DNA from: Candidatus Thorarchaeota archaeon
GTDB lineage: Archaea; Asgardarchaeota; Heimdallarchaeia; Hodarchaeales; Hodarchaeaceae
Direction of reading: 5' to 3'
Length of the DNA: 32,000 bases
Assembly: GCA_048882505.1 (NCBI GenBank)
Contig: JBHLRO010000008.1
Location: forward strand, 90,001 to 122,000
Shown piece by piece: positions 16,647 through 25,216 of this stretch. Numbering within the stretch: position 1 is the first letter of the stretch; every line of letters starts with the position of its first letter. The translations under genes were made by a program, and so were the position numbers. Under the pieces are notes generated by a model. It was not told the DNA's origin. It made no database searches and saw only the letters and a program-made list of their open reading frames with translations.

Positions 16647-18623
16647 TTGGTTGCTTCAATTAATGACCATATAATTCCTCCGGAAATATGGGAAATCTGC
16701 AGACATCTGAACTCACAACAGAAACAAGTATATCTTGTAGGAGGCTCAATTAGGGATCTAATAATAGGAAACATCGTACCAGATGACTGGGATGTCGCTA
16801 CGGATTCCAAACCCTCAGAAACTATTCAAATCTTTAAAGAAAAACTCGGATTTCGTGTTATTCCGACGGGTCTTACTCACGGAACGGTTACTGTTCTTGT
16901 TAACACACGTCCCGTCGAAGTTACAACATTTCGGGTTGAGGAGGGATATAATGATGGAAGGCGTCCTTCGCATGTAGAATTTGTAAGTGATGTCAATCAG
17001 GATTTAGCTAGAAGGGATCTAACCTGTAATGCTATTGCATATGATCCTTTCAAGAAACAGATTCTGGACCCTTATGGAGGGATTGATGATATTAGGGCCC
17101 AGATTCTACGGATGGTTGGAGATCCACATAAAAGATTAGAAGAGGACGGATTACGGGCCCTTAGGATTTTTCGCTTTGTAGCTCAGTTGGGATTTAAAAT
17201 AGAAGCCAATACATTGAAGGCCATTCCACATCACTTCACTACGTTTGTAAAAGTCGCAATAGAACGTATTCAAGCCGAACTTGATCGATTGATGTCAGCA
17301 CCCCACTGGAAACAAGCTTTAATTGCCTTGGAAAAAAGCGGGCTGCTCTATGAAATATGCCCTGACTTTGGGTACAAAGCGATGAAGGAGAAACTAAAGC
17401 CTTCATCACGTGATCGAATTTCTCTTACTTTTGATGTATTACAAACGATACCCTCTGATGCTCCGATTCGGTTAAGATATGCTGTATTGCTGCATCAACT
17501 TTCATCAATTCCCCAAAATACCTCCACAATATTCCCAAAATGTGATAATGAATATATTGCACAACTTTTAAGAAATTTACGTTTTCCCAAAAGGGCCGCG
17601 TCTGAAATCCTCCATCTCCTTAACATACACACAAAATCTTTCTCAGTAGAACTTTCGAGGGGTAAGTCAATCCAAGGATATCAAATGCGAAAATTCCTCT
17701 ATACAATTCGTCCAGAGTACCTCAAGGAATATTTTTGGTTTAAGATGGCCAAGGATATTGGATTTAGAGGGAGTTCGAACATCACAGAAGAGGCTTTTTC
17801 AGAAATTGAGCAGTTAGCAGCTAATAATCCACCAATAGAACTCAGCGATTTGATATTAAATGGTGAGAATGTTACTGAGCACTTGTTTCTCAACAAAAAG
17901 AAAGCTTCAGAACGAGAACTTATTGGACGAATCCTAACCATAATTCGCGAAAGGGTCGAACTACATCCCAAGGACAATACAGTAGAGAATCTTAACGAGA
18001 TCTTATCGAACATACGTCCCATCCTTCTCAGGTGCCAACGAAAGGATCCTCAAATGGTACGGATTGTGGCAACAGACCATATTCGGAAAATATATACCAA
18101 GAACAACCCCACATATCGTCCGTGGGAAAATCGTCACACTTACCTGTTATCGCGCTGGTTGTGCATGTGTTTACTAAGAGAAAATCGTCGATCAATAGTT
18201 ATATTCGACGGAACAAACCTGGATCTGCCTCCTCATTCCAATCATCGGAAATCTCTAGCAAAACGGTTTATAAGATATCGTCCCTTCTTTATCAATCTGA
18301 TAGCAACGAGGGAACAGGCTCAGAAGAATTCATTCCTTAGAAGAGCTGGTAGAGACGTAATTCTTGGTAGTGATGCTGATATGGACGTTTTCGAGCGATT
18401 TAAGGAGCGTATGGAGATGAATCCATCCTGCTTGGCAATTCCGGACCAATGTAATGGAACCACTCTTAATACTCACGATCCTGGATTTCAAGATGAGTTA
18501 GAATCGGTGGTAACTAGTATTCAAGACGCAAAACACAGGATTATCATTCTGGGCGGAAACGTTTTAACAGGAAAAACCTATACCGCTCTCGCAATCAAAA
18601 AAATGCTTGAAGATGATAAGTAG
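16647..18623 (+). CDS. cca: Class II (bacterial-type) CCA tRNA nucleotidyltransferase with degenerate HD region, fused to a C-terminal P-loop kinase-like domain
   Basis: LVGGSIRD, DWD (catalytic DxD), VEVTTFR, DGRRP, DLARRDLTCNAIA and EDGLRALR. LLHQ replaces LLHD. The C-terminal part has TDHIR, IFDGTNL and GGNVLTGKT. Confidence 0.88.
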   Translation: MVASINDHIIPPEIWEICRHLNSQQKQVYLVGGSIRDLIIGNIVPDDWDVATDSKPSETIQIFKEKLGFRVIPTGLTHGTVTVLVNTRPVEVTTFRVEEGYNDGRRPSHVEFVSDVNQDLARRDLTCNAIAYDPFKKQILDPYGGIDDIRAQILRMVGDPHKRLEEDGLRALRIFRFVAQLGFKIEANTLKAIPHHFTTFVKVAIERIQAELDRLMSAPHWKQALIALEKSGLLYEICPDFGYKAMKEKLKPSSRDRISLTFDVLQTIPSDAPIRLRYAVLLHQLSSIPQNTSTIFPKCDNEYIAQLLRNLRFPKRAASEILHLLNIHTKSFSVELSRGKSIQGYQMRKFLYTIRPEYLKEYFWFKMAKDIGFRGSSNITEEAFSEIEQLAANNPPIELSDLILNGENVTEHLFLNKKKASERELIGRILTIIRERVELHPKDNTVENLNEILSNIRPILLRCQRKDPQMVRIVATDHIRKIYTKNNPTYRPWENRHTYLLSRWLCMCLLRENRRSIVIFDGTNLDLPPHSNHRKSLAKRFIRYRPFFINLIATREQAQKNSFLRRAGRDVILGSDADMDVFERFKERMEMNPSCLAIPDQCNGTTLNTHDPGFQDELESVVTSIQDAKHRIIILGGNVLTGKTYTALAIKKMLEDDK

Positions 18624-18657
18624 TTTCGAATTATCCCTATTCCTCTTGGGGGTAAAT

Positions 18658-20367
18658 GTGGTTAGTATTTCAAATCCCAAAAACAAGAAAGCCATGGGGC
18701 AGTACTTCACACCTGTCCCAATTGTCAAATGCCTTGTAAACATTCTCATAGATCTTATTCCTAGGGAAAAGATGCAGGGATTGAACGTTCTAGATCCTGC
18801 GGTCGGAGAAGGCATATTCTTAGAAATCCTGAAGGAAGAATTAAATTCAAGATTTCTAGCAAACAAACAGAACATTCACCAGATCCTAGGTATTGATATA
18901 GATCGCAAATCAATCCTTAAAGCTTTAGAGAGGGAGAATGAACAAAAATCGGTTCGAAACCTTGAGATCAAATATCTCGTGGGAGACTTCTTCCAGTTAT
19001 ACGACCAACGAAAACACGAATGGGATTTTGACATAGTTCTTGGCAACCCCCCACACGCAGCCCGTTATTCTCGCTCCCAATGGGAATATATTCGGTCTCT
19101 TATCCCCAGTGGTATGAACAAACGTTTTCCAAAGGAATCAGCAATATTTTTCACCATATTGGCCTTGGATTCATTAAAAGATAGTGGAATCCTTGGCTTT
19201 GTCTTACCCAAACCTCTTTTATACTCACAAAGATGGTATACATTAAGGAGACTGATATTAACAGAATACAAAGTCAACTACGTGATTGATTTTGGCAATC
19301 AATTCGCCTCACAAAATCAAGAACACATTGGAATAATAATAAGTAAAACAAAGCCTGACTCAAGTTATCAAACAGGTTTATACAACAAAAAAACAAATTT
19401 CTTAACGACCTTATCGGATATACCTGTTCAAGACGCCTTACTTACTGATAATTTTCTTGTTGATGTATCAACGAAAGAAAGAGCCTTAATTCGTAAGTTA
19501 CTTAGCCCCAAATATCGATCTCTGGATGTTGAAGCTTATAGAGGTATCAGCAGCAGGTTTCGTGTACAATCTTATGGATTGCCACTTATTGAAAAAAAAA
19601 CCATGGGGAGGGGATTTCTTTTTCCTTCAAGCAGTTTCGTTTCAAGTGAAACCCCTCCAAAGGTATTGATAAAATATCTACACCCAAAAATAATCCTCCA
19701 ACGTATAATTCCTTATAAAACTAATCCGTATAGTTTTATCATCTACCCTTGGGTTGATGTTGATGGAAACATCATACCACATGAAACAACTGTCATATTA
19801 AAGAATCCTAAGCCAAAATATCCTCTAAAAGTTCTTGCTGCAATCCTTCAGTCATCACTAACTGAATGGTGGTTGCGCCACGTTGTATTTACCAAACAGT
19901 TTGTCACTAGTAAAGATTTTGACAGAGCTTACATTGAAAAAGTCCGAGTTCCGCTTGTTCCAAACGAAGGATATGTGTCTCATCCAGGTTCACTGGAACT
20001 AAGCCTAGATTTACTGAACTACCAGGTTTTACTAGATCTTGCCAATCAGGAAGATTCGTTACATGAAATCTCTCTGCTTGGAGAACTCTATGATCATTTC
20101 ATCATTTGCGGAGTTAAAATCAAATCAATCATACAAGAAAATTTAAGAGCTCTTCCTATTCATCAGAAAAACAGTAAATATTTTCAGGAATTCCATAATA
20201 TCTATCGAAGGATAACGAGAGGTCACAGCCATACGTCTGATATGTATAAAAGGATACAAGGCCTATTGGGGAACCAGAACTTAATCCAAAGATGCATCAA
20301 TGAGCTTACATTTCGTTTATATCATTTAACAAGTGAAGAATCCGCTTTAATAAAGAAGAATTTCTAA
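18658..20367 (+). CDS. N6-adenine DNA methyltransferase, M.TaqI-like gamma class, with NPPH catalytic variant
   Basis: GQYFTP, VLDPAVGEGIFL, ILGIDID, YLVGDFF, FDIVLGNPPH and LKDSGILGFVLP, plus a TaqI_C-like tail (KIILQRI ... LAAILQSSL.EWW ... IEKVRVP). Likely GTG start at 18658 after GGGGGT; the ORF is open from 18607. Confidence 0.88.
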   Translation: MVSISNPKNKKAMGQYFTPVPIVKCLVNILIDLIPREKMQGLNVLDPAVGEGIFLEILKEELNSRFLANKQNIHQILGIDIDRKSILKALERENEQKSVRNLEIKYLVGDFFQLYDQRKHEWDFDIVLGNPPHAARYSRSQWEYIRSLIPSGMNKRFPKESAIFFTILALDSLKDSGILGFVLPKPLLYSQRWYTLRRLILTEYKVNYVIDFGNQFASQNQEHIGIIISKTKPDSSYQTGLYNKKTNFLTTLSDIPVQDALLTDNFLVDVSTKERALIRKLLSPKYRSLDVEAYRGISSRFRVQSYGLPLIEKKTMGRGFLFPSSSFVSSETPPKVLIKYLHPKIILQRIIPYKTNPYSFIIYPWVDVDGNIIPHETTVILKNPKPKYPLKVLAAILQSSLTEWWLRHVVFTKQFVTSKDFDRAYIEKVRVPLVPNEGYVSHPGSLELSLDLLNYQVLLDLANQEDSLHEISLLGELYDHFIICGVKIKSIIQENLRALPIHQKNSKYFQEFHNIYRRITRGHSHTSDMYKRIQGLLGNQNLIQRCINELTFRLYHLTSEESALIKKNF

Positions 20368-20394
20368 TGTAAATGATAAAACGAAAAGGAGATG

Positions 20395-21093
20395 TCACCA
20401 ATCGCGTTGTGGAAGACCTGTTACCGTGAAACCAGCATCATGCGTTTTATAGCGCCGATTTAATCCAATCAGGAAGGCAGTAAAGTGCTCAATGTGGCGC
20501 GCCGATTTTGTTCCTCCGGCATCAACGGCACGAAGATTTCGGATTAATTCGACCTTTTCCTTCACTAGATGTTTTGCATGTTTGTCTTTGCCAAAAACAT
20601 AGACATCTTGATTCAATACGGGTAATCTATCTATATCCAGCAGAGTAGTGTTTGACAGTGTTTTTATTGCTCCTACTACTGGGATACCTGGATTAATTTC
20701 TCTTCTTATCAATTCGGTCGCGCTTAAAGCTCCACCTTCAAGTTCTGGGAGGAGATCTACCATTTTTCCTTTTTCAAAAGGCTTCAAAGGGACAGTTACA
20801 TCGACCAAGATCTTACCAGTGGTAAAGTATTTCTCTAGAGGGCGAAGAGTACTTAGGGCAAATTCAAAAGGCACTGAGAGAAGAATTATATCTGACTCTC
20901 GCACACATGCTTCATTGATCATAGGGGTGACAAGATTTTTTCCCAACTTGGTATTCACGTCGGAAGAAACCCTATCTGCCTTTTCCTGTCTTCTCGATCC
21001 CATTATGATGGGTTCCCCAGCCAATCCCCAACGGAGACTTAAGCCCTGTCCCTGGGGGCCTGTACCCCCAATTAACCCAATTCCTTTTTCCAT
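20395..21093 (-). CDS. npdG: F420H2:NADP+ oxidoreductase (NADPH-dependent F420 reductase)
   Basis: IGLIGGTGPQGQGLSLRW, IIMGSRRQEKA, ILLSVP, LVDVTVPL, VVGAIKTLS and LRAVDAGG. Confidence 0.9.
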   Translation of the reverse strand: MEKGIGLIGGTGPQGQGLSLRWGLAGEPIIMGSRRQEKADRVSSDVNTKLGKNLVTPMINEACVRESDIILLSVPFEFALSTLRPLEKYFTTGKILVDVTVPLKPFEKGKMVDLLPELEGGALSATELIRREINPGIPVVGAIKTLSNTTLLDIDRLPVLNQDVYVFGKDKHAKHLVKEKVELIRNLRAVDAGGTKSARHIEHFTAFLIGLNRRYKTHDAGFTVTGLPQRDW

Positions 21094-21370
21094 CTTTTTT
21101 CAATCCTTTATCATTAAGGGTGGGGGCGGATTTTCGTTCTTTTTTTTGAGTTTTTTTAACTTCATTCTTTCTTTAGTCATCCATTAATAGTTAGGATTAT
21201 GCAGTTTCAAAGGACTTGAAGTGTTTTCCACTTTTCATTTGAAATTTTTGTCCCATTTCAAGAAATGGACACCTTAATTCATTATTACCCTTCAACATAT
21301 ATGGACAAGATTAATCTAATTTTCCTGTTTCGTCTTGTTCTTGAGATATAGCCCCTGGGTTAAAGGCCTT

Positions 21371-22699
21371 CTATTTTCGATTTTTTATCCAGGACAGTCC
21401 GAGAAGAGTAGCAATCACAAAGAAAAAAATCAAACCGATCGCATTAATTCCATCGAGTTTTGGATTTATAACGATTTTAACGAGCCACATGTCTCTGTTA
21501 GTATCACCAAATGAACTAGTAAGACCCGCTAGGACATAACCGTTATCTGGCGCTTGAACGAGTGCACTGGCCCAGTCAGGAGCTAATCCCCCAAAAGCCT
21601 GGCTAAATTGCTCCATGCAATTCCTATCGGTCTTCAATAACCATAAATCCCCACTGCCGACCCCAAATGACGCAGTAAGGCCAGCCAGAGCAAAACCATC
21701 ATCATCATCCTGCACGATAGAAGTCGCCCAATCGGATCCTGTTCCGCCATAAGTCTGGCTACATTGCATAATCCCATTCGCATCAGTCCTTACTAGCCAC
21801 ATGTCGCCGCCGCCGACCCCAAATGACCCTGAAATACCCGTTAGTGCAAAGCCTCCCTCTCTAGTCTGGATTAAGGCATGCGCTTCATCCGCACCATCTC
21901 CTCCGTAACTCTTATTCCATTGAGCAACTCCGTTTTCGTCGGTTTTCACCAACCACATATCACTCCCTCTATCAAATGAAACGTTATACCCCGCGATCGC
22001 AAAGCTGCCATCATTGGTCTGGATTATGGCTTTAGCCCAATCATTGGAGTTAATATTATTGTATTGCTTTCCTCCGAAAGTCTGGATCCATTCTTCATTT
22101 CCGTCTTTATCGGTTTTTACCAAAAACATATCAAAATCGCCCGCGCCATATGAGGTGGTGTATCCCGCTATAGCAAACCCGCCATCCAAGGTTTGGATCA
22201 GGGAGGAAGCCCCCTCAGCACCCCATCTTCCATAGGTTTGATCCCACTGAAGTACTCCATCAGAATCAGTCTTCACTAGCCACACGTCTCCCCCACCAAC
22301 CCCAAATGACCGGGTTAGGCCCGCTAGTGCAAAACCTCCGTCATCTGTCTGGACGAGTGCACTCGCCCAATCAGAATCGAATCCGCCATAAGTCCGACTC
22401 CATTCCTCGACACCATTCGCATCGGTCTTAACCAACCACATTTCACTTCCATACGCACCTAATGACCCCGTGGAACCTGCAAGGGCAAAACCTCCATCTG
22501 TTGTCGAAACGAGGTCAGGAGCTTCATCCCCGCTGGTTCCTCCATAGGTCCGATGCCATTGCACCATCGATTCGTTTTGGGTGCCTTCACCTACGGCAAT
22601 TAGTTCATTGGGATTCTGGGATTCAAACAACAGGCCCATCATGAATGGAATGGCTATTAATAAAAAAAGAGTATATCTAGAGAGTTTCGTGATTGTCAC
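21371..22699 (-). CDS. Secreted, C-terminally anchored protein with seven ~52-aa repeats (7-bladed beta-propeller)
   Basis: N-terminal hydrophobic signal; seven copies of W..TYGG...D.A..L.QT.DGGFALAG.T.SFG.G..DMWLVKTD..G; C-terminal transmembrane helix followed by KNRK. Confidence 0.85.
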   Translation of the reverse strand: MTITKLSRYTLFLLIAIPFMMGLLFESQNPNELIAVGEGTQNESMVQWHRTYGGTSGDEAPDLVSTTDGGFALAGSTGSLGAYGSEMWLVKTDANGVEEWSRTYGGFDSDWASALVQTDDGGFALAGLTRSFGVGGGDVWLVKTDSDGVLQWDQTYGRWGAEGASSLIQTLDGGFAIAGYTTSYGAGDFDMFLVKTDKDGNEEWIQTFGGKQYNNINSNDWAKAIIQTNDGSFAIAGYNVSFDRGSDMWLVKTDENGVAQWNKSYGGDGADEAHALIQTREGGFALTGISGSFGVGGGDMWLVRTDANGIMQCSQTYGGTGSDWATSIVQDDDDGFALAGLTASFGVGSGDLWLLKTDRNCMEQFSQAFGGLAPDWASALVQAPDNGYVLAGLTSSFGDTNRDMWLVKIVINPKLDGINAIGLIFFFVIATLLGLSWIKNRK

Positions 22700-22760
22700 A
22701 GAAGTAACACCAGAAGTTTCTTAAAAACCGCGGAATCCTCGTCCTTTTTATGAATTGATA

Positions 22761-24182
22761 TCAGCCTTTTGACAACCCCGATATCTGTTCTTCCAGTTTA
22801 ACCTTAAAAAACGTAACAGTTTCTTCCAATTGGGCTTCTGTCTTTCCTTCAGCAATAATTCTGATCTTAGGGCTAGTGTTGCTGGCTCTAATGAGAACCC
22901 ATGAGTCTTCATCTAATGAAATCCCTATGCCATCAATGTCATTAATATCAGAGTACTCGGGCCTCAGTTTTCTTAAAAGCTTGTCAATCACTTCAAATTT
23001 CACTAAGTCGGAAACCGGAACCGCGATTTTACGAGTGAAAAGTTTCGGAAGCTGATCCACAATCGTGGATAACCGAATATTCCGAGAACTAAGTATTTCT
23101 GCGATCATTAAAGGGATTACCATTGCATCATCAAAGAGGTATATACCTGGAAAAACCATGTGTCCACTGCTTTCTATTCCTATGAGAGTATCGGAGTGGC
23201 GTTGTGCTGCCGCAGTCAGGAATGTGTGGCCAACCTGTATTCTGTCAACAAGGGCACCTTGGCTTTCAAGCTCCTTCTCGATTGCTATCGAACATTCGAC
23301 GTTTATTATTACTCTATTCGTTTTGGGAGATTGCTGGAGCATATGTTGAGCCAAAATTAGACCAGTAAGGTCAGCTTTTATAATGCGTCCAAGATCGTCT
23401 ACTATCACACCCCTATCCGCGTCTCCATCAAATGCTACTCCAAAATCGGCGGATAATTCCTTTACCTTTTGGGATAATGCCTTTAAGGACGTTTCATGGG
23501 GTTCAGAAGGTCTGTTTGGAAAAGATGGATCTATACTACAATATAGTTTAACCACATCAAGACCAATGGCGGTAAGAACTTTCGGAGCAGAAAGGCATGA
23601 AGCCCCATTTCCACAATCTATTACAACCTTAAGAGGTTTAATATTTCTGAAGCGTTTTGATAAGAAATTAACGTAATCCTGTTCTAGACTGCTGATTCTG
23701 ATTTGGCCAACTGAATCCCAACTGGCAGATCTAGTCAGGAGGTCGTCAGAGAGAAATATGTCGCGAATTTCCATATTATCTTCCTCAGAGAAGCCTACAC
23801 CTGACCCATAATAGAACTTGATACCGTTCCACTCAGGTGGCAGATGACTAGCTGTTATATACGCCGTTGCATAGGCCTTCTGGCGCCAGGCGGAGAATAG
23901 GCAGACTCCAAACTGAGTAGGCGCTCCAGAAAATTGGATATTAACTCCTACGGACATTAATCCAGAAATAAATGAGCAAGCAAGCGTTGAACTCGTTTGA
24001 CGAACATCATAGGAAACATATACAAAATCTTGCTCCAAATCAAAGTCTCTCTTACAGATGAAAACACCAAAGGCTACTCCAATACGGAAATGGATATCTG
24101 GAGTTATTTCTTCAGAATATATGCCTCTTATGTCATATGCACGAAAAATGTGCTTGAATTTCGCCATATCGCTGATTATCAT
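22761..24182 (-). CDS. Phosphomannomutase/phosphoglucomutase (alpha-D-phosphohexomutase)
   Basis: IFRAYDIRG, ITASHLPPEWNGIK (catalytic Ser), VVIDCGNGA, AFDGDADR, GIESSGH and LIRASNTSPKIR. Confidence 0.95.
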   Translation of the reverse strand: MIISDMAKFKHIFRAYDIRGIYSEEITPDIHFRIGVAFGVFICKRDFDLEQDFVYVSYDVRQTSSTLACSFISGLMSVGVNIQFSGAPTQFGVCLFSAWRQKAYATAYITASHLPPEWNGIKFYYGSGVGFSEEDNMEIRDIFLSDDLLTRSASWDSVGQIRISSLEQDYVNFLSKRFRNIKPLKVVIDCGNGASCLSAPKVLTAIGLDVVKLYCSIDPSFPNRPSEPHETSLKALSQKVKELSADFGVAFDGDADRGVIVDDLGRIIKADLTGLILAQHMLQQSPKTNRVIINVECSIAIEKELESQGALVDRIQVGHTFLTAAAQRHSDTLIGIESSGHMVFPGIYLFDDAMVIPLMIAEILSSRNIRLSTIVDQLPKLFTRKIAVPVSDLVKFEVIDKLLRKLRPEYSDINDIDGIGISLDEDSWVLIRASNTSPKIRIIAEGKTEAQLEETVTFFKVKLEEQISGLSKG

Positions 24183-24682
24183 AATCTAAATTCCCTTTTT
24201 ATTCATGGCTCCAAAGAGATCAGCCTTTTTCTTAATACTTCGCTGCGAGGCATGTGGGTCTTGATCTTTGTGTAAACAACATAGAAAATCATACCCTATG
24301 CTTCAACTAATTTGTGGAATAATTGAACAGATACCATGGGTACCCCTCAAGGGTCCAATAACCTGGGTAGGAATCTATTACTGTTTCGCACTTCATCCTC
24401 ACAGCTTTAATATCTAGAAAGAACGTCAGTTATTCCAACAATAGATGACACTGATCGCAAAAATCGCTTTTTGACTAGATAAAAGTTCCAATTTACACCA
24501 AATAGGCCTGTAAGGATTTCATGTAACACATCCGATAACCTCGCGCTATTAAAACAACGATTCCAATGTTTCGCAATAAGGAATGAAGCTCATCATATGG
24601 GGGTTTTGAAACGCCTGTTATTTAAGATTAGAATGGATTATCATCCTTTTTATTAAAATTGAGGATATGGAAGTTGACAAAA

Positions 24683-25147
24683 ATGATGCCCCATATCCAT
24701 TTAATTTTCGGAATGACATGCCTAAATGCATTCCAATCATCAGGACTTACTCAATTAAACGCTATTCTCTTTTTAATTGGCAATTTGATCCCTGATTCGG
24801 ATTTCATCATCGCTCGTAAACTAAAACGAAACCATCGGGAAATGGGATCCCATTATCCCCTATTATGGTTGATGGCCGGCATTCTTTCAATGATACTTCA
24901 GCTACCTGTGTTATGGTTTTTCTGGGGTGGTTTTTTTCACGTTATCTTAGATACTTTGGATTGGGAAGTTATCTTGTTCGGGCCACTACTTCCATACTCT
25001 TTTTCAATTCTATCACTGCAATATACGGCGGATTTTGAAACCTATACGATCGTCCAGATCCTAAGAGAGTATTATAGCGATAAAAGAATTTTGTTCCTCG
25101 AAGCGATATTTTTTCTCGTCTATGTTCTTTCGCTTCTAACACGATAG
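24683..25147 (+). CDS. Membrane-bound metal-dependent hydrolase (YdjM/LexA-binding-like)
   Basis: H..FG near the N-terminus, GNLIPDSD, HR..GSHY, FHVILD and several hydrophobic segments. Confidence 0.75.
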   Translation: MMPHIHLIFGMTCLNAFQSSGLTQLNAILFLIGNLIPDSDFIIARKLKRNHREMGSHYPLLWLMAGILSMILQLPVLWFFWGGFFHVILDTLDWEVILFGPLLPYSFSILSLQYTADFETYTIVQILREYYSDKRILFLEAIFFLVYVLSLLTR

Positions 25148-25216
25148 CAAGTTCATTTGGATTCATATCTTAGCTGGAAAATTTTGTACCCTTGATTAAA
25201 AGGATTTAGACACATC

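Noticed and set aside
13955-20367. Mobile element or genomic island interpretation of the methyltransferase-cca block
   Set aside because: No integrase, transposase, tRNA target or flanking direct repeat was seen, and no obvious compositional break was noticed by eye.
20648-21187. 179-aa plus-strand ORF
   Set aside because: Antisense shadow of npdG extended into a T-rich intergenic tract.
21600-22560. Recurrent DNA words (e.g. ccccaaatgac, actagccac) considered as CRISPR or tandem repeats
   Set aside because: They are codon-level echoes of the propeller protein repeats, not conserved direct repeats with unique spacers.
24183-24680. 500-bp intergenic region with protein-like fragments on the minus strand (LSDVLHEILTGLFG; VIDSYPGYWTLEGYPWY)
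   Set aside because: Fragments are in different frames and match no family I recognise, so a pseudogene call cannot be supported. A tBLASTx search would settle it.
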